From Thermoanaerobaculia bacterium (GTDB lineage Bacteria; Acidobacteriota; Thermoanaerobaculia; UBA5066): a stretch of DNA of 64,000 bases. The notes beneath the pieces were generated by a model. The model was not told where the DNA came from, did no database searches, and saw only the letters and a program-made list of their open reading frames with translations. Positions 37,676-46,397 of this stretch are shown here, piece after piece. The stretch is from NCBI GenBank assembly GCA_044229475.1, contig JBGASW010000003.1, positions 390,838-454,837 on the forward strand, written 5' to 3'. The position numbers and the translations under genes are program-made. Every line of letters starts with the position of its first letter. Position 1 is the first letter of the stretch.

Positions 37676-38533
37676 TCAGCCCTCGCGGTGCTCGAGCGCG
37701 AGCGAGATGAGGCCCGCGGTCTCGGCCTCGTCCGGCTTCCGGAGGACGCGCAAGGCTCCCGGCTCGCCGTGGAGGGAAATCGCCGCTTCGAGAGCCTCGT
37801 CGTTCACGCGCCAGCCGCACGCGAGGTTGCCCCCGGCGGCCTTCGCGCGCCGGAGCGCGCCGGCCGCGAGCGCGAGGTGGTCGCGGAAGGACGCGAGGTG
37901 CGGCCGCGCCCGCACGAGCGGCTCGACCGAGAACCCGATCGAGACCGTCACGGGCTTCGCGCCTTCGCCGGGGCCGGCCTTCACCCACGAGGCGACGGCC
38001 TGCCTGAGGCGCACGGCGAGGGCGCCGGCCTCGCCGCCGAACCGCACGCGCGCGACGACGAGGAACTCGTCGCCGCTCCAGCGGGCGACGACGGTACCGC
38101 CGCGCACGGAGGCGGAGATCGCGTCGGCGACGGCCTGGAGGACCGCGTCGCCGCCCTCGCCGCCGAAGGCGTCGTTGACGTCGTCGAGCCCGTCGACGTC
38201 GGCGAGCAGGATCGCGACGCACTCGGTCCGCTGTTCGGGGTCCCGCACGGGCTTGCGCGCCGGCGCGAGGAGCGTCCCGATCGCCGCCTCGACGAAGCGC
38301 GGGTTCTTGAGGCCGGTGAGCTTGTCCGTGAGGGAGGTCTCGGCGAGGAGAGCGTTCGACTGCTCGAGCTCGGCCGTCTTCTCCTTCAGCTCCAGCGTTT
38401 TCTCCCTCAGCTCGCGCGTGAGCTCGCGCTCGCGGCGGACGAGGCGGGAGACGCGATACCGATGGAGCAGCCACGCCCCCAGGGCGAGGGCGGCCGCGGC
38501 GAGAGCCCAGAGAGAGGCGGACGGGAACGTCAT
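37676..38533 (-). CDS. GGDEF-domain protein (diguanylate cyclase-like) with an N-terminal TM segment and coiled coil, and a variant SGDEF active-site motif
   Basis: GGDEF-domain layout with RWSGDEFLVV in place of the canonical GG(D/E)EF motif. N-terminal TM helix and a coiled coil (ELTRELREKTLELKEKTAELEQ). Confidence 0.7.
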   Translation of the reverse strand: MTFPSASLWALAAAALALGAWLLHRYRVSRLVRRERELTRELREKTLELKEKTAELEQSNALLAETSLTDKLTGLKNPRFVEAAIGTLLAPARKPVRDPEQRTECVAILLADVDGLDDVNDAFGGEGGDAVLQAVADAISASVRGGTVVARWSGDEFLVVARVRFGGEAGALAVRLRQAVASWVKAGPGEGAKPVTVSIGFSVEPLVRARPHLASFRDHLALAAGALRRAKAAGGNLACGWRVNDEALEAAISLHGEPGALRVLRKPDEAETAGLISLALEHREG

Positions 38534-38590
38534 CGCGTGATTGCCGGCCGCGTTATTGGATCACGAACGGACGCGGCCCGCCCGGGCGCC

Positions 38591-39574
38591 TCAGCGGAAT
38601 CCGCGGACGCCGTGCGGCTGATACGGCGTCTCGACTGCCGCGATCTCCTCGTCCGTGAGGACCGTGTCGACGGCCTTGAGCGCCGCCTCGAGGTGCTCGA
38701 GCTTCGTGGCGCCCACGATGGGTGCCGTCACGCCGGGCCGCGAGAGGAGCCACGCGAGCGCAACCTCTGCGGGCGGACACCCCCGCGCGGCCGCGACCTT
38801 CCGGACGGCCGCGATCACGTCGGGGTCGGACGGGGAGTCGTAGAGCCTCCCCGTGTAGTCGTCCGTGGCGCCGCGGGCGGTCGTCGCGGCCGCCCGCGCG
38901 CTGTCGCGCGTGCCGGCGAGGAGGCCGCGCGCGAGCGGGGACCACGGGATCACGGCGACACCCTCCTCGCGGCAGAGCGGCAGCATCTCGCGCTCCTCCT
39001 CGCGGTAGAGGAGGTTGTAGTGGTTCTGCATGGCGGCGAAGCGGGACCATCCGCGGGCGTCCGAGAGCGCGAGCGCCTTCGCGAGCTTGTACGCGGGGCC
39101 CGAGCTCGCTCCGATGTAGCGGACCTTGCCCTGCGCCACGAGCTGGTCGAGCGCCGCGAGCGTCTCGTCGATCGGCACGGAGCCGTCCCAGCGGTGGATC
39201 TGGTAGAGGTCGATCGTCTCGACGCCGAGGCGCCTGAGGCTCGCCTCGCAACCCTGCACGACGTGCTTCCTCGAGAGGCCGCCCATGTTCGGGCCGTCCG
39301 TCATCGGGAAGTGGACCTTCGTCGCGAGGACGATCTCCTCCATCCGCCCGTACGTCCGGAGCGCGCGGCCCGTAACCTCCTCGCTCGCCCCGAGCGAGTA
39401 CATGTCGGCGGTGTCGAAGAAGTTGATCCCGGCCTCGAGCGCGCGGCGGAAGAACGGCTGGGCCTGCTCCTCCGTGAGCACCCACGGGCGCCACGCGGGC
39501 GTCCCGTAGGACATGCACCCGAGCGCGAGGCGTGAGACCGTGACGCCCGTACGGCCGAGGGTCGTGTACTTCAC
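38591..39574 (-). CDS. Aldo/keto reductase
   Basis: 327 aa with AKR motifs (INFFDTADMY; IDLYQIHRWD; RYIGASS). Confidence 0.9.
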   Translation of the reverse strand: MKYTTLGRTGVTVSRLALGCMSYGTPAWRPWVLTEEQAQPFFRRALEAGINFFDTADMYSLGASEEVTGRALRTYGRMEEIVLATKVHFPMTDGPNMGGLSRKHVVQGCEASLRRLGVETIDLYQIHRWDGSVPIDETLAALDQLVAQGKVRYIGASSGPAYKLAKALALSDARGWSRFAAMQNHYNLLYREEEREMLPLCREEGVAVIPWSPLARGLLAGTRDSARAAATTARGATDDYTGRLYDSPSDPDVIAAVRKVAAARGCPPAEVALAWLLSRPGVTAPIVGATKLEHLEAALKAVDTVLTDEEIAAVETPYQPHGVRGFR

Positions 39575-39578
39575 GGGC

Positions 39579-41645
39579 CTACTTCATCCAGCGGCCGAAC
39601 CACCCGAGGACCTCGGAGTACCAGAGCTTTGCGTTCGGGCCCTTGAGGACCCAGTGGTTCTCGTCCGGGAAGTAGACGAGGCGCGCCGGGACGCCCTTGG
39701 CCGTGAGCGTGCCGTAGAACTCGAGGCCCTGCCCGATCGGGACGCGGTAGTCACGCTCGCCGTGCAGGATGAGGACGGGCGTCTTGAACGCCGCCGCGTA
39801 GCGGTTCGGACTCCACTTCTCCACGGCGTCGCGGTTCGTGAAGGGGGAGCCGCCGTAGGAGTGGTGCCGCCCGTACGTCGCGTCCGACGCGAACTGCGCC
39901 ATGAGGTCGTAGACGCCCGCGTGCGAGACGAGGCACTTGAAGCGGTCCGTGTGGCCCGCGATCCAGTTCACGAGGAAGCCGCCGTACGAGCCGCCGGCCG
40001 CGGCCATGCGCGCCGGATCCACGCGGCCCTGCGCGATGAGGAGGTCGGTCGCCTTCATGACGTCCGTGAACGGCTTGTCCGGATGCGCGCCGAGAATCGA
40101 CTCGACCCACTTCTGCCCGAAGCTCGACGAGCCGTGGAAGTTCACCATCGCGACGAGATAGCCCGGCGCCGCGAACGCGTGCGGGTGCCAGCGGAACGAG
40201 AACGCGTCCCCGAACGTCCCGACCGGCCCGCCGTGGATGAGCTGGACGAGCGGGTATTTCTTCCCGGCGTCGGCTCCGGGCGGCGCGACGACGAACATCT
40301 GGACCTCGTCGCCGGCGGCGCCCTTGAACGTGACGTCCTCGACCGCGCCGAGGTTCCACGAGTCCGCGAGCGCGTCGTTCACGCGCGTGAGCATCCGGAA
40401 GCCCGTCCCGTCGAGCTTCACCGCCGCGATCTCGGGCGGGTGGTTCAGGTCGTGCCGCTGGAAGACGACCTCGCCGCCCGGCGTGACGGACGGCGCCGCG
40501 GCCGTTCCGCCCTTCCAGACGACGCGCGGAACGCCGCCCGCCAGGGGCACCGCGTACAGGTTCGTCCGCGCGCGAACCTCCGCGGTGAAGACGATCGACT
40601 TCCCGTCCTTCGCGAACGCCCAGCCGGCGCAGGAGTTCTCCCAGCCGTCGGTCAGGAGCGCGACCCTGCCCGTCGCGACGTCGAGGAGCGCGAGGCGCGT
40701 GTAGTCGGGCCAGCCGTCGGCCTTGAGCTGCGTGCCGAACGCGATCGTCTTGCCGTCCGGCGAGAAGACCGGGTTCACGTCCTCGCCCTCGCGGGCGGGC
40801 GTGAGGTTCTTCACCTCGCCGCCGGCGGCGGGAACGAGGAACAGGTCCCAGTTGAGCGTCGTGTACGGCTCGGACGTGCTGTTCGCGGCGAAGACGAGCG
40901 ATTGGCCGTCGGGCGCGATCGAGTAGCTTCCGCCCTCGTCGAGACCGAAGTAGCGCTTGCTGCCGGGCGTGAGGTCCGTGACCTTCTTCGTCGCGACGTC
41001 CACGACGAAGAGGTGCGGGTACTCGCCGTCCGTGAGCCAGTGGTCCCAGTAGCGGTAGAGCCGGTTCTCGCTCGTCTTCGCCTTGACGGGGTTCTTCTCG
41101 CGCTTCTCGAGCGCCTTCTTCGTCTCCTCCGGCGACTCCGCGCCGGCGACGACGTTCGCGAGGAACGCGATCTTCGTGCCGTCCGGGAACCACCTCGGGT
41201 TCGCGACGGCGGTCGGCATCTCCGTGAGGCGGTCGGCTTCGCCGCCGTCGAGCGGCAGGACGTAGAGCTGGGCCGCGGCGTCGCCGTCGCGCTTCGAGAG
41301 GAACGCGAGGCGCTTTCCGTCCGGGCTGAAGGCCGGCGACGTGTCGGAGGCCTTGTTTGCGGTGAGGCGGCGCGAGGCGCCCGAGGCGACGTCCACGAGC
41401 CAGAGGTCCGCGTTCGCTTTCATCTCGTCGCCCTCGTACGCCGTCACCGCGTAGGCGGCGCGCGCGCCGTCGGCCGAGAGGACGGGCGCCCCGACCCTCT
41501 TGACAGCCCAGAGATCGTCGACGCCGAACGCCTTCTTCGCGGCCGCTGGGGCCGGCGCGGCGGGAGAGTCGGCGGCGCGCGCGGCAGGTGCGAGGGCGAG
41601 GGCGGTCAGGACGGCGGCGAGAACCTGGATTCGAAGGCGTGACAT
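39579..41645 (-). CDS. Secreted S9-family serine peptidase (prolyl oligopeptidase/acylaminoacyl-peptidase-like) with an N-terminal beta-propeller
   Basis: Signal peptide. WD/Tol-like propeller repeats (SPDGKRLAF, FPDGTKIAF, SPDGKTIAF). Catalytic Ser motif GGSYGG, with the C-terminal Asp/His region LILHGERDYRV...DENHWV. Confidence 0.9.
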   Translation of the reverse strand: MSRLRIQVLAAVLTALALAPAARAADSPAAPAPAAAKKAFGVDDLWAVKRVGAPVLSADGARAAYAVTAYEGDEMKANADLWLVDVASGASRRLTANKASDTSPAFSPDGKRLAFLSKRDGDAAAQLYVLPLDGGEADRLTEMPTAVANPRWFPDGTKIAFLANVVAGAESPEETKKALEKREKNPVKAKTSENRLYRYWDHWLTDGEYPHLFVVDVATKKVTDLTPGSKRYFGLDEGGSYSIAPDGQSLVFAANSTSEPYTTLNWDLFLVPAAGGEVKNLTPAREGEDVNPVFSPDGKTIAFGTQLKADGWPDYTRLALLDVATGRVALLTDGWENSCAGWAFAKDGKSIVFTAEVRARTNLYAVPLAGGVPRVVWKGGTAAAPSVTPGGEVVFQRHDLNHPPEIAAVKLDGTGFRMLTRVNDALADSWNLGAVEDVTFKGAAGDEVQMFVVAPPGADAGKKYPLVQLIHGGPVGTFGDAFSFRWHPHAFAAPGYLVAMVNFHGSSSFGQKWVESILGAHPDKPFTDVMKATDLLIAQGRVDPARMAAAGGSYGGFLVNWIAGHTDRFKCLVSHAGVYDLMAQFASDATYGRHHSYGGSPFTNRDAVEKWSPNRYAAAFKTPVLILHGERDYRVPIGQGLEFYGTLTAKGVPARLVYFPDENHWVLKGPNAKLWYSEVLGWFGRWMK

Positions 41646-41719
41646 GCGTTCTCCTCGACTTGACGTTTCCCGAGCCTAGCAGCGATAGGATCAGACCGAC
41701 CAATCGAGAGGAGGACTCC

Positions 41720-42439
41720 ATGTCGAGCGTTCCGCCGCCTGGATCCGGATATCCGCCCCCGCCCCCGCCGCCGCCGCAGGGCCCGCCGCCCGTCATGCCC
41801 TCGGGTCCCGGCCTCGCCTGGGAGACGCAGGCGATCGGGCCCGAGTCGTTCTTCGACACGGCCAAGCTCTTCATCACGGCGCCCGACCAGGCCTGGGCGC
41901 GCACGCGCGAGACGGGCGACTACACGCGCCCGCTGCTCTTTGCGCTCGTCATCGCGTGGATCGGCGCCATCTTCAACGCCGTCTGGAGCACGATGTTCGG
42001 AGCCGGGCTGATGAAGATGCTGCCGGCCCAGTACAGCCGCTTCGGGGCGATGGGAATGGGCGGCGGCGGCCTCCTCGCGAACATCATCCTCGCGCCGATC
42101 TTCATCGTGATCGGGCTCTTCATCGGCAGCGCGATCTTCCACGTGTCGTTCATGATCGTGGGGGCGCTCGCGGGCTCGAGGTCGCAGTTCGAGGGGACGT
42201 TCCGCGTCGTGTCGTACTCGTCGATCGCGCACATCGCCTACGTGATCCCGTTCGTCGGCGGGCTCGTGGCGCTCGTCTGGCGGATCTACCTGATGATGCT
42301 GGGCGTCCAGCAGCTCCACAAGGCGAACCAGGGCAAGGCGCTGATGGGGATCCTGCTGCCGGTCGTCCTGTGCTGCGGCTGCGCCGCGATCGGGATGATC
42401 TTCGCCGGGGCGGCTCTCTTCTCCGCCTTCAACCGGTAG
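41720..42439 (+). CDS. Yip1-domain membrane protein with a proline-rich N-terminus
   Basis: ATG at 41720 preceded by GAGAGGAGG (SD). N-terminal PPPGSGYPPPPPPPPQGPPP, followed by 4-5 TM helices. Confidence 0.65.
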   Translation: MSSVPPPGSGYPPPPPPPPQGPPPVMPSGPGLAWETQAIGPESFFDTAKLFITAPDQAWARTRETGDYTRPLLFALVIAWIGAIFNAVWSTMFGAGLMKMLPAQYSRFGAMGMGGGGLLANIILAPIFIVIGLFIGSAIFHVSFMIVGALAGSRSQFEGTFRVVSYSSIAHIAYVIPFVGGLVALVWRIYLMMLGVQQLHKANQGKALMGILLPVVLCCGCAAIGMIFAGAALFSAFNR

Positions 42440-42441
42440 GC

Positions 42442-42819
42442 GTGGCTCCCGGACGCCAGCTCGCGTTTCTCTGGGGCGGCGCGGCGCTCGCCTGCGCCGC
42501 CGCCGTCCCGTTCGCGCGCGACCTCGCCGCGGGCACGGCCCCGTGCGCCTTCAAGGCGTTCACGGGCGTTCCGTGCCCGACGTGCGGCGGGACGCGCGCG
42601 CTGCTCGCGATCGCGCGCCTCGACCCCGGCGCGGCCCTCGCGTGGAACCCGCTCGTGACGCTCGGCGTGGTGGTCTTCTTCGCCGGAGGCTTCGTTGCGC
42701 TCGTCCGGGCGCTACGCGGGTCGGGTGTCCCGGACGCCGCGCCGCCGCGCTGGGCGGGCGCCGCCCTCGGGCTCGCCCTCGCGGCGAACTGGGCGTTCGT
42801 GGTGGTTGCGGGAAGATAG
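42442..42819 (+). CDS. DUF2752-like small membrane protein
   Basis: GTG start 3 nt after the Yip1 stop. Conserved GVPCPTCGGTRA motif flanked by TM helices. Confidence 0.55.
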   Translation: MAPGRQLAFLWGGAALACAAAVPFARDLAAGTAPCAFKAFTGVPCPTCGGTRALLAIARLDPGAALAWNPLVTLGVVVFFAGGFVALVRALRGSGVPDAAPPRWAGAALGLALAANWAFVVVAGR

Positions 42820-42863
42820 CCTTCGTTCGACCCCGGCCTCGATTGATCGGAAAGGGGTTCTCC

Positions 42864-44486
42864 ATGCGAATCGTCCGCGCGTCACTCGCCGCACTGCTGC
42901 TCCTGAGCTTCCTGTCCGTTCGTGCGGAAGAGCCGCTCCTCGGAACGTGGCCGTCGCCGCCCTTCTGGGCTCCGGCTCGTCAGGTGGAGTCAAGGAGCGA
43001 ATCGAGTCCGGCGCGAGGGGCCCTCGCGGCTCCGGTTCCCCTCCCGTTTTTCTCAGTCGCTCCGTGTCGGCTCGTGGACACGCGGGGTAATGGGGCTCCG
43101 TTGTCGGGCGGGTTTCTGCCGGCCGCAACCGTCCGGAGCTACGCGCTTGTGGGCGTCTGTGGCATCCCGGCGGGCGCGAAGGCGATCTCTCTCAATGCGA
43201 CCGCCGTCGATCCCGTCGGCCCGGGCTTTCTAACCCTCTGGGAGAAGGGGCAGCCGGTCCCTCCGGTGTCGACGCTCAATTTCAAGGCGGCGGACAGGGT
43301 GGCGAACGCCGCCGTTGTTCCCCTGAGCCCCGACGGAAGCGTTTCCGTGGCGTTCGGCGTTTCCGGAGGCGACCTCGTTCTCGACACGAACGGCTACTAC
43401 GCCATCGCGCCGGGCGTCACGTCGTTGAATGCGCTGATCGGTGACGTCACCCTCCTGCCGGGCGCGAACGTCACGCTGACGCCCGCGGGCAACAACCTGA
43501 CGATTTCGGCGACGGGCGGGCCGGGCGGCCAGCTTCCGCCGGGAGCCTCGGGGCAGACGCTCAGAAGCAACGGGACGGCGTGGATTCCGAACGATGCTCT
43601 GACGAGCGACGGGGTGAACGTGACCGTTGCAGGGAAACTCGAGATGGGCATCTCCCCGCGTGCCACGGCGGGAAGCCTGGATTTTCTGCACGGAGATAGT
43701 GCCACCGGGAATGTCGGACTCGGGTTCGACTCGCTGCCGGTCGGGGCCTCGGGGATTTCCAACACGGCTTATGGAACAAGTTCCCTGACGGCGCTGAGCA
43801 GCGGAGCGGAGAACACCGGGGTGGGTTCCGGGGCCTTGAATTCGAACTCGACTGGAGGCGCCAATAGCGCGGTCGGATCGGCGGCGCTTTCCGCGAATAC
43901 CTCGGGGAACTTCAATACGGCGATGGGATTCTTCAGTCTTCGTTCGAACACCACGGCGTCCTACAACACGGCCATCGGCAGGGGGACGCTTTTCCTGAAC
44001 ACGACGGGTGCGAGCAACGTCGCCATAGGGGACATGGCGATGGCCTCAAATACCTCGGGACCCACGAACGTCGCGGTGGGCTCGGGCGCACTCCAGAACA
44101 ACACGGTAGGGTCAGGCAATGTCGCGCTCGGATCTGCAGCTGGGTTGAACGTTGTGTCAGGCAGCAACAACGTCTTCCTCAGTCACCAGGGAGTCGCTGG
44201 GGACAACGGTGTTGTCCGCATCGGGACCGCAGGGAGTCAGACGGCGACCTTCATCGCGGGCATCCGGGGCACGACGACTGCGCTTAACGACGCGCTGCCG
44301 GTGGTGATCGACTCCGCCGGCCAGCTCGGGACGATCTCGCCGACGGTCATGGCCAACGTCCCTGTCATGGTCCTGATCGAGCTTCAGAACATGAGGCGCA
44401 GGGCCGAGGCCGCTGAGGCCGGCCTCAGGGCGCTGGAGCAACGAATGGCGAAGCTGGAGGCAGCGGGGGCGAGAGCCGAACGCTAG
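42864..44486 (+). CDS. Secreted repeat protein with YadA-head-like (N-x-A-(I/V)-G) repeats and a C-terminal coiled coil; adhesin- or tail-fibre-like
   Basis: ATG at 42864 gives the signal peptide MRIVRASLAALLLLSFLSVRA. The N-terminal ~120-aa domain is shared with the Fn3 protein. Repeats follow (NTGVGSGALNSNSTGGANSAVGSAALSANTSGNFNTAMG...NVAIGDMAMASNTSGPTNVAVGSGALQNNTVGSGNVALGSAAG). The C-terminus is a coiled coil (RRRAEAAEAGLRALEQRMAKLEAAGARAER). Confidence 0.65.
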   Translation: MRIVRASLAALLLLSFLSVRAEEPLLGTWPSPPFWAPARQVESRSESSPARGALAAPVPLPFFSVAPCRLVDTRGNGAPLSGGFLPAATVRSYALVGVCGIPAGAKAISLNATAVDPVGPGFLTLWEKGQPVPPVSTLNFKAADRVANAAVVPLSPDGSVSVAFGVSGGDLVLDTNGYYAIAPGVTSLNALIGDVTLLPGANVTLTPAGNNLTISATGGPGGQLPPGASGQTLRSNGTAWIPNDALTSDGVNVTVAGKLEMGISPRATAGSLDFLHGDSATGNVGLGFDSLPVGASGISNTAYGTSSLTALSSGAENTGVGSGALNSNSTGGANSAVGSAALSANTSGNFNTAMGFFSLRSNTTASYNTAIGRGTLFLNTTGASNVAIGDMAMASNTSGPTNVAVGSGALQNNTVGSGNVALGSAAGLNVVSGSNNVFLSHQGVAGDNGVVRIGTAGSQTATFIAGIRGTTTALNDALPVVIDSAGQLGTISPTVMANVPVMVLIELQNMRRRAEAAEAGLRALEQRMAKLEAAGARAER

Positions 44487-45367
44487 GCCCGCGGCCGGAC
44501 GCCCGAGGCCGGCTTCGCCGGCGCCGGCGCCTCGCGGACCGCGCGCTCGAGCGCGGACTGCCAGGGCGCGAGGTCGATCCCGGCGTTCGCGAGCTTCTCG
44601 TTCGACAGCGCCGAGAAGAGCGGGCGCGCCGTGCGGAGGCCCGAGCGCTCGAGCGAAGCGGGGATCACGTTGGACGGGCTCGCGGCGAGGCGCACGATCT
44701 CGAGCGCGATCTCGTGCCACGTCGCGAACCCCGAGTTCACGCAGTGGTAGATCCCCGCCGTCGCCTTCTTCTCGACGAGCCGGCGCGTCGCGGCCGCCAC
44801 GTCGTCCACGTGGACGGGGGAGACCTTGCGGTCGTAGAACGCCGTGATCGTCCGGCCCTGCTTCGCCTCCGCGATCATCTTGTCGATCGTTCCCTTGCTC
44901 CCGGGCGTCCCGAAGAGGGCCTCGACCCGGATCACGTACCCGCGGGGAACGTTCTGCGCGTAGATCTCGCCGAGGAGCTTCGTCGCGCCGTAGACGTTCA
45001 CGGGGTTCGGCTTGTCCGTCTCGCGGTACGGCTGGGTCGCCGTGCCGTCGAACACGTAGTCGGACGAGTACTGGACGAGCGCCGCGTTCGCGGAGCGGGC
45101 GACGTCCGCGAGGCTCCGGACCGCGAACGCGTTCACGGCGAGCGCCAGTTTCGGGTCGTCCTCGGAAGCGTCGACGCCGAGGACGGTCGCGTTCACGATG
45201 ACCTCGGGCTGGAGCTTCGCGACGCGGTCGAGGACCGCGAACCGCTGCGTCACGTCGAGCGCGGCGCGGGTCAGGGCGGCGACTTCGTGGCCCGTCTTTC
45301 GCAGCTCGCGCACGAGCGCCTGTCCGAGCTGCCCCCCGGCGCCCACGACGACGATCCTGAGTGCCAT
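44483..45367 (-). CDS. rfbD: dTDP-4-dehydrorhamnose reductase
   Basis: 294 aa with the Rossmann motif VVGAGGQLG, the SDR-like YxxxK (VYGATK) and the overall RmlD pattern. Confidence 0.85.
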   Translation of the reverse strand: MALRIVVVGAGGQLGQALVRELRKTGHEVAALTRAALDVTQRFAVLDRVAKLQPEVIVNATVLGVDASEDDPKLALAVNAFAVRSLADVARSANAALVQYSSDYVFDGTATQPYRETDKPNPVNVYGATKLLGEIYAQNVPRGYVIRVEALFGTPGSKGTIDKMIAEAKQGRTITAFYDRKVSPVHVDDVAAATRRLVEKKATAGIYHCVNSGFATWHEIALEIVRLAASPSNVIPASLERSGLRTARPLFSALSNEKLANAGIDLAPWQSALERAVREAPAPAKPASGVRPRA

Positions 45368-45419
45368 ACACCCCTACTGTAGCGCAGGAGAACGGCTTCG
45401 GCCGTATGCTGGGCCGCCG

Positions 45420-46397
45420 ATGAGCGCCTGCCCCGAGGTCGCCGAAGCCGTCGCCGCGCTGCGCGCCGCGGGCGTCCTGACCGCCGAGGAGGGCGAGCGG
45501 CCGGGGCGGGTGGCACGGGGCGAGCTGGTGTCGGTCCGTGCCGAGCTGCGTGCCGCGTTCTACCTCGGAGTCCTGCTCCTCGTCTCGGGCGTCGGACTCT
45601 TCCTGAAGGAGAACGTCGACCGGATCGGCCCATCGGCGATCGCCGGAGCTGTCGGCCTCGCGGCGGGCGCGTGTCTCGCGTGGGCCTGGCGGAAGGCCGC
45701 GCCTCCGACGTGGGGCGAGGCCGCTCCCTCGCATCCCGCGTTCGACTACGTCCTCCTCCTCGGCGCGCTCCTCGCGGCCGCCGACCTCGCGTGGGTGGAA
45801 GCGCAGACGCGCCTGCTCGGCCCCGCGTGGCCGCTCCATCTCCTCGTCGTGGCGCTCTTCTACGGCGCCCTCGCGTACCGGTTCGACTCGCGGATGCTCC
45901 TCTCGCTCTCGCTCGCGTCCTTCGCGGCGTGGCGCGGCCTTGCGCTCAGCGTCGCGCACGCGTCGCTCGGCCCGGGGGACGTCGTGCGGCTCCGGTGGGA
46001 AGCGCTCGCGACGGGCGCACTCTTCGCGGCCGTCGGCGTCGCGACGGCCAGCGCGGAGAAGAAGGCCCACTTCGGGGACGTCTGGGTAAACGCCGGCGCC
46101 CTCCTCGTCTTCGGCGGCCTCCTGTCGGGCGTCTTCGGATCGGAGCTCGACTGGGGGGTGTGGCTCGTCGCGCTCCTCGGCGTTTCGGCCGCCGTTGCGG
46201 CGGCGGCGTACCGATGGAAGCGCACGCTGCCGTTCGCGCAGGCCGTTCTCGCGGCGTACCTCGGGTCGATGCGCGCCGTGTTCTCGCAGGGTCTGGGAGG
46301 AGGAGGCTTCGAGGCACGGTTCCTTCTCATGGCGATGCTCGGCGGGGCCGCGCTCGCGACGATCTTCTTCGCCCACCGCCGCATGAGGATTCCTTGA
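45420..46397 (+). CDS. Hypothetical polytopic membrane protein (possibly DUF2157-like)
   Basis: ATG at 45420. About 8 predicted TM helices. No catalytic motifs recognised. Confidence 0.55.
   Translation: MSACPEVAEAVAALRAAGVLTAEEGERPGRVARGELVSVRAELRAAFYLGVLLLVSGVGLFLKENVDRIGPSAIAGAVGLAAGACLAWAWRKAAPPTWGEAAPSHPAFDYVLLLGALLAAADLAWVEAQTRLLGPAWPLHLLVVALFYGALAYRFDSRMLLSLSLASFAAWRGLALSVAHASLGPGDVVRLRWEALATGALFAAVGVATASAEKKAHFGDVWVNAGALLVFGGLLSGVFGSELDWGVWLVALLGVSAAVAAAAYRWKRTLPFAQAVLAAYLGSMRAVFSQGLGGGGFEARFLLMAMLGGAALATIFFAHRRMRIP

Noticed and set aside
41646-41719. Candidate sigma70-like promoter (TTGACG...TAGGAT) upstream of the Yip1 gene
   Set aside because: Spacing between the hexamers (~24 nt) is outside the functional 16-19-nt range, so it is not reported as a feature.
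39513-41904. ORFs 39513-41642 (plus strand, 709 aa) and 39751-41904 (minus strand, 717 aa)
   Set aside because: Alternate frames of the S9 peptidase locus. The frame 39579-41645 on the minus strand has the propeller plus GGSYGG catalytic motifs, and the others are Arg-rich.
44157-46376. 739-aa minus-strand ORF and 47418-49001 minus-strand ORF (527 aa)
   Set aside because: Antisense to the rfbD, membrane-protein and korA genes. Compositionally biased, with no domain signatures.
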